This document shows, piece by piece, positions 7,824-16,464 of a stretch of 25,873 nucleotides of DNA (position 1 is its first letter; every line of letters begins with the position of its first letter). The DNA is from a virus. Taxonomy: Duplodnaviria > Caudoviricetes. A program made the position numbers and the translations under genes. The stretch spans positions 1 to 25,873 of the IMG/VR virus record IMGVR_UViG_3300033076_000271. One strand, written 5' to 3'. The notes below the pieces were generated by a model. The model searched no databases, was not told the origin of the DNA, and worked only from the letters and a program-made list of their open reading frames with translations.

Positions 7824-8930
7824 ATGAGCGAATCACTTCGCGACCAGCTACAGGCTAACGCAGACAAGATCCTCTCCGCGAAAGCGGAGGAACCCGCAGA
7901 GGTCGTTTCCGAGCCCGTACAGGCTCAGGAAGCGCCTCAGGCCGCACCGGAGGAGTCCAAGCCCGGGCGCACGGCAGGACGCGCCAGGGACGATTCTGGC
8001 CGCCTCCTGCCGGGGAAGGCCGAGCGTCAAGCGCCGTCCCAAGTCACGGCCAAGCCTGCCCCTCAGGTCGCCCAGAACGCTGCCCCTGCGGCCCCTGAGA
8101 AGCTCCGTCCCAAGTACCCCACGACTTGGAAGAAGGACTACGCGCCCCATTGGGAGAGCGCGGACCCTGCGTTTGCTGAGTACCTGTTGCAGCGTGAGGC
8201 CGAATACGCCAAGGGCGTCTCGACCTACAAGAGCCAATGGGATCAGGCACGTCCGCTTCTGGACGCCATCGCCCCGCACCGGCAGATGCTGGAGCAGTAC
8301 AAGATCGACCCCGCGAGGCAGATCGACCAGTATTTCCAGATTCACCAGCGCCTTGCCTTGGGTTCGCCTCAGGACAAGCTCGCTGTCGTCGCGCAGATGG
8401 TGCGTGACTACCAGATCCCGATTCAGCACTTGCTGACGCAGTCTCAGGACGGTCAGTTCTACCTGAATCCCAACATCCAGCCGTCTGCGCCTCAGATCAC
8501 TCCCGAGGTTATCAAGCAGATGGTGAGCGCCGAGATGCAACAGGCGCAGCTGAACTCTCAGATCGAGACGTTCAGGGAAGCAAAGGGGCCTGACGGGCGA
8601 CCGATCTACCCCTATTTTGAAGAGGTTCGCGGGACGATGGCCGGATTACTCCAGGCAGGAATCGCCCAAGACCTTCCGGACGCCTACAAGCGCGCCCTTC
8701 TGATGCCGGAACACGTCGAACTCACAGCCCAGGAGCTGGCCACCCAGCAAGCGGAGCAAGAGAGAGCCGAAGCCGCCCAGAGGCAAGCGCAGGTACAGCG
8801 TGCCAAATCGGCTGCAGTCAGCGTCAGGACGCAAACACCTAGCGCCCTTCCGGCTGGCGAGAAGCCAAAAGGTCTCCGCGACCAGATCGCGCAGCAGGTT
8901 GCTGCCCGGTTAGGTGGCGGACGGGTCTAA
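7824..8930 (+). CDS. Capsid scaffolding protein
   Basis: Start reassigned to ATG 7824 (SD GGAG at 7814); low-complexity A/P/E/Q N-terminus, helical body, SLRDQ/GLRDQ at both termini; immediately upstream of the capsid gene. Confidence 0.8.
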   Translation: MSESLRDQLQANADKILSAKAEEPAEVVSEPVQAQEAPQAAPEESKPGRTAGRARDDSGRLLPGKAERQAPSQVTAKPAPQVAQNAAPAAPEKLRPKYPTTWKKDYAPHWESADPAFAEYLLQREAEYAKGVSTYKSQWDQARPLLDAIAPHRQMLEQYKIDPARQIDQYFQIHQRLALGSPQDKLAVVAQMVRDYQIPIQHLLTQSQDGQFYLNPNIQPSAPQITPEVIKQMVSAEMQQAQLNSQIETFREAKGPDGRPIYPYFEEVRGTMAGLLQAGIAQDLPDAYKRALLMPEHVELTAQELATQQAEQERAEAAQRQAQVQRAKSAAVSVRTQTPSALPAGEKPKGLRDQIAQQVAARLGGGRV

Positions 8931-8947
8931 CTCACTGGAGATAAACC

Positions 8948-9979
8948 ATGGCATTCGCCAACAGTGACGTCACCGACATCATCGCGACCACGATCCAAAG
9001 TCGTTCCGGTGAACTGGCGGACAACGTCACGAACAACAACGCGCTGCTTCGGCGCCTGAAGCAAAAGGGGAACGTCCGACCGTTCTCCGGCGGTAACGTG
9101 ATCTTCGAGGAACTGATGTATGTGGACGCCTCGCAGATCAACGTCAACTCGTATTCGGGATACGAAACCCTGAACGTGGGCGAGAACTCCCCGATCAGCT
9201 CGGCGCAGTTCAGCATCGCGCAGTATGCGGGCGCGGTGACAATGTCCGGCCTGCAGATGCTGCAGAACGCCGGCACCGAGCAAATCATCGACCTGATGGA
9301 AGGTCGCATGAAGGTGACGGAAGCCCAACTGATGAACAGGATCGATTACGACCTGTATCAGAACGGGACGGGCAACGGCGGCAAGAACCTCACGGGCCTT
9401 GCGGCTGCGGTTCCGGATTCCCCGTCCACGGGCACCTACGGCGGCATCTCCCGCGTGAACTGGTCGTTCTGGCGTCCGCAGAAGTACGCGGGCGTCTCGG
9501 ACGGTGGCGCGGCGGTGTCGGCGGCCAACATCCAGCAGTACATGACGACCCTCGCCCTGCGTCTGGTGCGTGGCCGGAACATGCCGGATCTCTTCATCGG
9601 GGATGCGACGTACTACGGCTTCTACGTCAACAGCCTGCAGGCCATCCAGCGGATTTCGAGCGACAACGGCTCGGGAACCGCTGGCGCTGGCTTCCCGTCG
9701 CTCAAGTTCTACGGCGGCGGCATGGCGGCGGACGTGGTCATGGGCTCTGGCGTGAACTTCGCCGTCAACACGGACGGAACCACGGGTGGGGCGACTTCGG
9801 CCCACATGTGGGCGCTCAATACGGACTACCTGTTCTTCCGTCCGCACCGCGACCGGAACTTCGTTCCGATTGGCGGGGAGCGTCAGTCCGTCAACCAAGA
9901 CGCCGTTGTGAAGCTGATCGGCTGGGCAGGGAACCTGACCTGCTCTGGCTCGGCTTTCCAAGGCGTCCTCATCGCCTAA
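8948..9979 (+). CDS. Major capsid protein (HK97 fold expected)
   Basis: 343 aa after scaffold; SD GGAG; strongly biased codons; DLYQNGTGNGGKNLTGLAAAV and GTYGGISR motifs typical of a widespread capsid family. Confidence 0.88.
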   Translation: MAFANSDVTDIIATTIQSRSGELADNVTNNNALLRRLKQKGNVRPFSGGNVIFEELMYVDASQINVNSYSGYETLNVGENSPISSAQFSIAQYAGAVTMSGLQMLQNAGTEQIIDLMEGRMKVTEAQLMNRIDYDLYQNGTGNGGKNLTGLAAAVPDSPSTGTYGGISRVNWSFWRPQKYAGVSDGGAAVSAANIQQYMTTLALRLVRGRNMPDLFIGDATYYGFYVNSLQAIQRISSDNGSGTAGAGFPSLKFYGGGMAADVVMGSGVNFAVNTDGTTGGATSAHMWALNTDYLFFRPHRDRNFVPIGGERQSVNQDAVVKLIGWAGNLTCSGSAFQGVLIA

Positions 9980-9988
9980 GGAGACGTC

Positions 9989-10471
9989 ATGCCTACCAGC
10001 ACTTCCAGCGTTATCGGCGTCAACCTCACGCGGGTTGACGATTCTGCGATGTACCCGCTTGGCACCATCGTGAATTTGAGCGATGGCGGTCAGGCCATGT
10101 ATGTGAAAGCCTCGACTTCGGCGCTTTCCACCTACGCGGCCTGCTCCATTGGCGTGAACGGCGTCACCACGATGCTGACTACGACCAACGCTGGCGACTC
10201 GCCCCGGGTTGGCTTCGCCCAGACCTCGATTGGCACCAGCAAGTACGGCTGGGTGCAGCTCGGCGGTCAGGTGCTTGTCAACCTCGCGGCCAACTGTGAC
10301 GACAACGTGCCTCTGTTCACGACCTCGACGGCTGGGGTTCTGGACGATACGACCGTCACGGCTGGCTACATCATGGGCCTCGTCAACACCCGGACCATCT
10401 CCAACGCCACGGCACCGACCTGCCTTGGCGCTGCGCAGGTGCATACGGGTCGCTACGGCGGCGGCGCGTAA
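9989..10471 (+). CDS. Capsid decoration/cement protein (putative)
   Basis: SD AAGGAG; directly after capsid with similar codon bias; YPLGT...MYVKA...KYGWVQLGG pattern; very Ser/Thr-rich. Confidence 0.7.
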   Translation: MPTSTSSVIGVNLTRVDDSAMYPLGTIVNLSDGGQAMYVKASTSALSTYAACSIGVNGVTTMLTTTNAGDSPRVGFAQTSIGTSKYGWVQLGGQVLVNLAANCDDNVPLFTTSTAGVLDDTTVTAGYIMGLVNTRTISNATAPTCLGAAQVHTGRYGGGA

Positions 10472-11310
10472 TGCGTCAACTGACAGCCCAGAACCTGAAG
10501 GTTGGTCCGGTTGCGGGGGACGGCGGTATCGCGGCCTCCAATATCAGACACGCCCTCACTCTGGGACTGTCAGACTTCCACCCGCTACCCGTGGAACACG
10601 ATGGTCATTTCGTGATCTGCGGGAGCGGGCCCTCCCTGCCGTCTTTGCTCAACGATATCCGCGAGGAAAGACGCAAGGGACGCACGATCTGCGCCGTCAA
10701 GGGCGCTCATGACTACCTTTGCGAGAACGGTGTAGAGCCTGACGTTTTCGTGTCCTGTGAGCCAAGGATTCGGCCTCTCAAGTACCCAAACCAACGAACG
10801 GCCTACCTGCTGGCCTCGCGGTGCCCGCCTGAACTCTTTAAACAGGTGAAAGGGCTCAAGGTCGTCCTCTGGCATTCCTGGGCTTCAAAGCCTGGCGCTC
10901 CTGAGCCAACTTCCACGAATCCAACGTGGGAGGACTTCCACCCTGCCGAGGAGTGCGAGGCGTGGAGAGGGAAGGGCGAAGGGGTTGGGGGCGGAACAAC
11001 TTCAGGACTGCGGGCGATGATGCTTGGCTTCCTGATGGGCTTTCGCAAGATGACCTTGTACGGGATGGATTCCTGCCTCGCCAAGGATAACTACACCAAG
11101 CGTTTCACCGGGGAAAACATCGGCCTCCAAAAGCCGGTGGATGTGATCGTAGGCGGAAAGCGATTCTTCTGCAACCCGGCATTGGCTGAACAAGCGATGG
11201 GCTTCAAGCAAATGGCCTTCGCCTTCGAGCGCATGGCTGGTGTGCAGATCGAAGTAAAGGGGGATGGCTTGCTTGCGGAGATCATGAAGCATCACCGGAG
11301 GAAGATGTGA
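10471..11310 (+). CDS. Maf/DUF115 (MptE-like) family putative glycosyltransferase
   Basis: VICGSGPSL, ICAVKGAHDYLCENGVEPDVFVSCEP and GGGTTSGLRAMMLGFLMGFRKMTLYGMDS match the Maf/CstII-like Rossmann signature; TAATG coupling to decoration gene. Confidence 0.75.
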   Translation: MRQLTAQNLKVGPVAGDGGIAASNIRHALTLGLSDFHPLPVEHDGHFVICGSGPSLPSLLNDIREERRKGRTICAVKGAHDYLCENGVEPDVFVSCEPRIRPLKYPNQRTAYLLASRCPPELFKQVKGLKVVLWHSWASKPGAPEPTSTNPTWEDFHPAEECEAWRGKGEGVGGGTTSGLRAMMLGFLMGFRKMTLYGMDSCLAKDNYTKRFTGENIGLQKPVDVIVGGKRFFCNPALAEQAMGFKQMAFAFERMAGVQIEVKGDGLLAEIMKHHRRKM

Positions 11311-12152
11311 GGGTTTCGTTCGCTCACTACGGCAACCCGTCAATGGCGTCCTATCGCTACCGGGCTCAGATTCCTGCTCAAGAGCTTGGGGCGTCGATCA
11401 ATGACCCCACGGCGGACGTCATCATCTTTGCGAAGCCGATAGATCAGGACGTGCCTCATGTGGTGCGGGCCCAGCAGAACGGGAAAAAGGTCATTGCGGA
11501 CTTCTGCGACCTTCACTTCCACCTGAAGCACTACGAAGTCATCCTGAAGGCTGCGGATGCCGTCACCGTGCCGACGCAATGGTTCTCAGACTATTTGCGC
11601 GAAGAGTACGGTATCGAGGCCCATGTGGTTCCCGACCCCTTCGAGTTTGAGGAGAAGGAGCCGCACTGCAACGGGGACAAGTTACTTTGGTACGGGCAGG
11701 CGATGAACTTCGACAGCTTGCAGAGGATCGCCCGGGAGATCCAAGGACATCCCCTTGCCATCGTGTCGAACATGGAAGGCTGCATCCCTTGGAGCCTTGA
11801 GGAGATGGTGAAGCAGTTTGCCATAGCGGACATCGTGTTGATGCCTGAAACCTCCCCTTACAAGAGCCCGAACAGGACGATTGAGGCCATCCGTCAGGGT
11901 TGTTTCGTGGTTGCGGAGCCTCATCCGGCGATCAATGACATTCCCGGCATCTGGCTCGGGAACATCGGGAAAGGAATTGCATGGGCGCAGCAGAACCTGT
12001 TGGAAGCGAACGAACGGACGCGCAAGGCGCAGGCTTTCGTCCGAAGCAAGTATTCGCCTCAAACACAGGCAAATGCGTGGAGGACAGTTATCCAGAGGGT
12101 TCTGTCCTCCTCAACCTCGGATGTGGCGATATTCACTGGAACGGATGGATAG
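11307..12152 (+). CDS. GT-B fold (GT4-like) glycosyltransferase
   Basis: ASYRYR, VIADFCD, ADAVTVPT, LLWYG, ADIVLMP, KSPNRTIEAIRQGCFVVA motifs; GTGA overlap. Confidence 0.78.
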   Translation: MRVSFAHYGNPSMASYRYRAQIPAQELGASINDPTADVIIFAKPIDQDVPHVVRAQQNGKKVIADFCDLHFHLKHYEVILKAADAVTVPTQWFSDYLREEYGIEAHVVPDPFEFEEKEPHCNGDKLLWYGQAMNFDSLQRIAREIQGHPLAIVSNMEGCIPWSLEEMVKQFAIADIVLMPETSPYKSPNRTIEAIRQGCFVVAEPHPAINDIPGIWLGNIGKGIAWAQQNLLEANERTRKAQAFVRSKYSPQTQANAWRTVIQRVLSSSTSDVAIFTGTDG

Positions 12153-12610
12153 GGTGTGACGCCAATCCTGACGGCTGGCATGACAAAAGAGGCCCCGATG
12201 TCGTTTGCGACATCACGGACCTTCCTTTCCCCAACGACTACGCGGATGCGATTGCCGCTGTGCATGTGATCGAGCATTTTTACCAGTGGGAAGTCAATTC
12301 CGTGCTGAAGCACTGGAAGGACAAGTTAAAGCCCGGCGGCAGGCTGATCCTTGAGCTGCCTTGCATGGACAAGGTGTTCCGCTACATCACGGACTGCATC
12401 AACTCGAAGATGCCGATGAGCGGGACGTTTTCCGTCCTTCCTTTGTGGGGCGACCCGAGATTCAAGAATGTCGCCATGTGCCACAAGTGGGGATATTTCT
12501 ACGCAACGATCAGGGAGGAACTGGTCAAGGCTGGATTCAAGGACATCAAGTTCGAAGATGCCCGGTATCACTTCAAGAACCGGGATATGCGGGTAACGGC
12601 AGTCAAATAA
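12077..12610 (+). CDS. Class I SAM-dependent methyltransferase (small-molecule/sugar type)
   Basis: LNLGCG motif I, CDITDLPFP, HVIEH, LKPGGRLILELP; no DPPY/PC DNA-methylase motif. Start uncertain: GTG 12077 chosen over ATG 11981 to limit overlap. Confidence 0.82.
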   Translation: MEDSYPEGSVLLNLGCGDIHWNGWIGCDANPDGWHDKRGPDVVCDITDLPFPNDYADAIAAVHVIEHFYQWEVNSVLKHWKDKLKPGGRLILELPCMDKVFRYITDCINSKMPMSGTFSVLPLWGDPRFKNVAMCHKWGYFYATIREELVKAGFKDIKFEDARYHFKNRDMRVTAVK

Positions 12611-12632
12611 CTCAACCACTTGAGGACACACC

Positions 12633-13253
12633 ATGCAAATGCTTGCTTCCGACGACAACAACACTGAGTTTCTCGGGGCTCGTAATCCAGACGACATTCT
12701 CCATGTGCAGTTCTACGAGCGCGTGGAAAAGGACAACTTCGCCACCCAGAAGGAAGGCCGTCCGATCTTCAAAAACGTGGACTTCATCAAGATCATGAAG
12801 CCCGGGGACAACACCACGGAGATCGACACCTACGCCACCGAAGCCGACAAGCGCAGGTTCCCCCGCCAGTGGGCGCTGTACCAGAACAACAAGAGTTCCG
12901 AACAGGTGCAGGGCACCGATGTCCGGGAGTGGCCGATCATCGACCGGGCTACGGCTGAAGGGCTGCGGGCGCAGAAGTTCTACACCGTGGAACAGATCGC
13001 CAACGCATCGGACCAGCAGTCCCAAGCCTTGGGGATGATGGGGCCGCGTCTCAAGCAGCAGGCCCAAGCCTATCTCCTCAAGGCGAAGGATGGCGCGGCT
13101 AACCAAGCCCAAGCCAAGGAGATTGCGGACCTCAAGGAACAGGTCGCTCAACTGATGCAAGTCATCCAGAAGACCAACGCCGTTGCGAATGCGCCGGAAC
13201 CCAAGCGCAAGTACAACCGCAAGCCCAAGGATGCGCAGCCGGAGGCCGCTTGA
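12633..13253 (+). CDS. Hypothetical protein with helix-hairpin-helix-like segment and coiled-coil/basic tail
   Basis: SD GAGGA; WPIIDRATAEGLRAQKFYTVEQIANASD resembles the Rad51/RadA N-terminal HhH; ends PKRKYNRKPK. Confidence 0.7.
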   Translation: MQMLASDDNNTEFLGARNPDDILHVQFYERVEKDNFATQKEGRPIFKNVDFIKIMKPGDNTTEIDTYATEADKRRFPRQWALYQNNKSSEQVQGTDVREWPIIDRATAEGLRAQKFYTVEQIANASDQQSQALGMMGPRLKQQAQAYLLKAKDGAANQAQAKEIADLKEQVAQLMQVIQKTNAVANAPEPKRKYNRKPKDAQPEAA

Positions 13254-13564
13254 TCGAGATCGGCACCATTGAGCTCAAGGACAAGGTCCGGGCGATTGTG
13301 CAGTTCGGGCCTGCCACCTCTACGTCAGGGATGAGGGGGGGAGAGTATTTCGAGGTCGTTCTGGACCCGAACATGCTCTCCCCCGGTGGAAAGTACCTGC
13401 GCATGGATCAAAGCTTCCAGCCCACTGAAATTCACGGCTGGCAGCGGGTTGACGCCTTGACGGTGTGTGAAGTCCTCGGGAAAGCAGGCAGTTACGCCAA
13501 GGTTCCGGAGGGCTACAAGGAAGACCCAAACGCTTTACTAGTGATGAAAGCGATCCATGGCTAA
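13250..13564 (+). CDS. Hypothetical protein (104 aa)
   Basis: TTGA overlap, SD GGAGG at 13241; fills operon gap. Confidence 0.65.
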   Translation: MIEIGTIELKDKVRAIVQFGPATSTSGMRGGEYFEVVLDPNMLSPGGKYLRMDQSFQPTEIHGWQRVDALTVCEVLGKAGSYAKVPEGYKEDPNALLVMKAIHG

Positions 13565-14492
13565 CTCGACCCTTCTCCAGTTGTTCCAAACCACGTTGCA
13601 AGGCATGGGGGTGTCTACCTATGGCCTGCCGGCGACGGTGATTAACAACACCAATCAGGACGTGGTGCAGACCCTTGCGCTGGTGAACGCTGGGGGAGAC
13701 GAGTTGTCAAGGGAGCATGACTGGCAAGCCCTGTGGAAGCAGAACATCTTCACGGCGGTTGCGTACTCCTACACCGCAACCACGGTGAGCGGAAGCACGA
13801 CGATTTCCGCGCTTTCTTCGACTACGGGGCTGACGGCGAATCCGACCTACTTCTCGGTGACGGGCCAGTACATCCCTAACGACTGCACTCTGGTGAGCGT
13901 CAACGCCGGCGCTTCTACCGCAGTTATTAGCCAGGCGGCAACGGGTTCTGGAACCAGCCAGACGATCACGTTCTCGCAGACCAAGTTTCCGTTCCCTTCG
14001 GACTACGACCGGCAGATTGACAGAACGCATTGGGACAAGTCGAAGAGATGGGAGATGCTGGGCCCGGAAACGCCTCAACAGGCGGAATGGCTGCGTTCGT
14101 CCTACATCTCGACCGGCCCCAGGGTGCGGTACTTCCTGCAAGGCGGCTATTTCCAGATCTGGCCGGCGCTTGGGTCCGATGAACTCCTGGTCTATGACTA
14201 CCTGTCGAAGAACTGGATCTATGCAACAGGTGGAACGGCGACCTCAAAGCAAGCCTTCACCGCTGACACGGACACGACGATCTTCCCCGATGCGCTGATG
14301 CGGGCGCTCATCAAGCTGAAGTATCTGGAAGCCAAGGGACTGGACACGACGGCGGCATACCGGATCTACACGCAGCAGCTCGACTTGGCGAAGTCCCATG
14401 ATTCCGGGTCTCCGACCTTGGCGATGGCTCCAACGCCTTCGACCATTCTCGTGACCTCGGCACAGATCCCGGATTCGGGCTACGGGCACTGA
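13557..14492 (+). CDS. Head-tail adaptor (P22 gp4 / tail tubular A-like) with Ser/Thr-rich inserted domain
   Basis: N-terminal TLLQL helix, REHDWQAL, FPSDYDR, FQIWPA motifs; directly before the nozzle gene. Confidence 0.72.
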   Translation: MANSTLLQLFQTTLQGMGVSTYGLPATVINNTNQDVVQTLALVNAGGDELSREHDWQALWKQNIFTAVAYSYTATTVSGSTTISALSSTTGLTANPTYFSVTGQYIPNDCTLVSVNAGASTAVISQAATGSGTSQTITFSQTKFPFPSDYDRQIDRTHWDKSKRWEMLGPETPQQAEWLRSSYISTGPRVRYFLQGGYFQIWPALGSDELLVYDYLSKNWIYATGGTATSKQAFTADTDTTIFPDALMRALIKLKYLEAKGLDTTAAYRIYTQQLDLAKSHDSGSPTLAMAPTPSTILVTSAQIPDSGYGH

Positions 14493-14493
14493 G

Positions 14494-16029
14494 ATGGCAA
14501 GCACTCGTCCCCGCAGTCTCGCCCAAAAGGTCACGGCGGTCACGGCGTCCGTTCCTTCCCCCATCGGGGGTTGGAACAAAAGAGACGCCTTTGGAGAGAT
14601 GAACGAAAACGACGCCGTCACGCTCGTCAACGTCTTCCCGCTGCCTACCAAGTGCATCGTCAGGTACGGGCATACAAGGTTCTCTACTGGCCTGCCGGCG
14701 CAAGTCCAGTCCCTCTTTGCCTACCAGAGCGGCACGACGAACAAGCTTTTCGCGGTGTCGAACGGTGGGATTTACGACATCACCGCTGGAGGCGCTGCGC
14801 CTGCGGCATCGGTGTCTGGCCTTTCCAACTCCCGGTGGCAGTACGTCAACATCACGACCCCCGGAGGGTCTTACATCATCTGTTGCAACGGGGCGGATAA
14901 CGTCCGGTCCTTTGACGGCACGAATTGGGCTAGCCCGGCGATCACGGGTGTCACTTCTTCGACACTGGTAAACGTCAACCTCTTCAAGAACCGCCTTTGG
15001 TTCTGCGAGACCGGGACTCTCAAGGCTTGGTATCTGCCGACGCAGTCCATTGCGGGCGCTGCGAATGCCTTGGATGTGTCGGCGTTCTGCCAGCATGGCG
15101 GTTACTTGGTCGCCATCGGGACGTGGACGATTGACGCCGGCTATGGGGTGGACGATCACCTTGTCTTGGTGACATCTAACGGCGAAGTCCTTGTGTACCG
15201 GGGAACCGATCCTTCCTCTGCCTCGACTTGGGCTCTGGTGGGTGTGTGGTGGCTGGGCCAGCCCATCGGTAGACGGTGCTTCGTCAAGTACAAGGGCGAC
15301 TTGTTGCTGATTACCCGGGATGGTCTTCTGCCTCTTTCCGGGGCTCTGCAGTCTTCACGACTGAATCCAAGGGTGGCGCTGACGGATAAGATCCAGTTTG
15401 CGATCTCCGAGGCCACCAGTTCATACGGCGGGAACTTTGGGTGGTGCGTCCTTCCGTATCCGCAGCAGAACTTCCTGATCCTGAACGTTCCTGTCACGGA
15501 GGGCGCGTCACAGGAGCAGTACGTCATGAACTCGATCACCGGGGCGTGGACGAAGTTCACAGGATGGTCCGCGAACTGCTGGGAGATGCTTGGGGATTCG
15601 ATCTATTTTGGCGCGAACGGCTACGTCGGGAAGGCGTGGAATGGCAATGACGACGCCGGGACGGCGATTTCGTTCGAGGCTTTGCAAGCCTTCAACTACT
15701 TCGGGTCCAGAGGGAGGCAGAAACGCTTTTCCATGTTCCGCCCGACCTTCCAAAGCAATGGGACTCCTACGATCTACGGGAATGTGAACGTCGATTTCGA
15801 CCAAAGCATGGCCTCCCCGCAGCTTGCCATCAACCAGCAGACAGGGGCGGTATGGGACTCCGGTACTTGGGATGTATCACTATGGGCAGGAGACTTCTTC
15901 AGTCGCATCTGGAACGGGGTCACGGGGGTGGGGTATTGCGCCGCCCCGAACATCCGAGGCTCGACCTCTGGGGTCACGCTGGACTGGATCTCTACGGACT
16001 TCGTGATGGAGCCGGGGGGCTATATCTAG
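14494..16029 (+). CDS. Tail nozzle/hub (P22 gp10 / tail tubular B-like, beta-propeller)
   Basis: 511 aa, beta-rich with W/Y/G repeats (SFDGTNW, FKNRLWF, NSITGAWTKF); position between adaptor and GNAT. Confidence 0.78.
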   Translation: MASTRPRSLAQKVTAVTASVPSPIGGWNKRDAFGEMNENDAVTLVNVFPLPTKCIVRYGHTRFSTGLPAQVQSLFAYQSGTTNKLFAVSNGGIYDITAGGAAPAASVSGLSNSRWQYVNITTPGGSYIICCNGADNVRSFDGTNWASPAITGVTSSTLVNVNLFKNRLWFCETGTLKAWYLPTQSIAGAANALDVSAFCQHGGYLVAIGTWTIDAGYGVDDHLVLVTSNGEVLVYRGTDPSSASTWALVGVWWLGQPIGRRCFVKYKGDLLLITRDGLLPLSGALQSSRLNPRVALTDKIQFAISEATSSYGGNFGWCVLPYPQQNFLILNVPVTEGASQEQYVMNSITGAWTKFTGWSANCWEMLGDSIYFGANGYVGKAWNGNDDAGTAISFEALQAFNYFGSRGRQKRFSMFRPTFQSNGTPTIYGNVNVDFDQSMASPQLAINQQTGAVWDSGTWDVSLWAGDFFSRIWNGVTGVGYCAAPNIRGSTSGVTLDWISTDFVMEPGGYI

Positions 16030-16464
16030 GTGATAGCCACTGGAGCCTACGTCGTTCGCTGGGTCGCTGCGAGGATTGGCGATCACGGGAATTTTGGGGT
16101 AGCTACCCAAGCCATTGGCTGGGAGCGGCAAGGGCGTCTGGTGGCCGGGGTGGTGTACGCCGACTACAACGGGCCGAATGTCTGGTGCCACATCGCCAGT
16201 GAGGGAAGTCACTGGCTGACCCGTAGATACCTGTGGACGATCTTCGATTACCCGTTCAATCAAATGAACGTGAAGCGCATTACCTGTCCTGTGGGAGAAG
16301 GCAATAGCCAATCCCGCAGGTTTGTGGAAAAATTGGTATTCAAGGCAGAGACCACTCTCCATGCCGCGCATCCGACAGGCGATTTACTCGTCTACTCGAT
16401 GTTCAAGGAGAGGTGTCGATGGATTGGCTCAGAGTCTCTGCCGCGATTCGCCAAGGCTGCGTAG
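16030..16464 (+). CDS. GNAT-fold acetyltransferase-like virion assembly protein
   Basis: IFDYPFNQMNVKRITCPVGEGNSQSRRFVEKLVFKAE is a RimJ/RimL-type C-terminal motif; syntenic with P22 gp14 / T7 gp13. Confidence 0.78.
   Translation: MIATGAYVVRWVAARIGDHGNFGVATQAIGWERQGRLVAGVVYADYNGPNVWCHIASEGSHWLTRRYLWTIFDYPFNQMNVKRITCPVGEGNSQSRRFVEKLVFKAETTLHAAHPTGDLLVYSMFKERCRWIGSESLPRFAKAA

Noticed and set aside
9977-9991. Capsid and decoration genes are in frame, so stop readthrough could fuse them
   Set aside because: One-in-three coincidence; TAA is an efficient stop and the downstream gene has its own AAGGAG SD.
8927-10444. 505-aa minus-strand ORF opposite capsid and decoration genes
   Set aside because: Same antisense shadow effect; it spans both genes because they share a frame.
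11981-12152. Programmed frameshift fusing glycosyltransferase and methyltransferase
   Set aside because: No slippery heptamer or stimulatory structure seen; a GTG start at 12077 explains the overlap.
12077-12610. DNA methyltransferase / restriction evasion
   Set aside because: No DPPY/NPPY or PC catalytic motif; pattern fits small-molecule methyltransferases.
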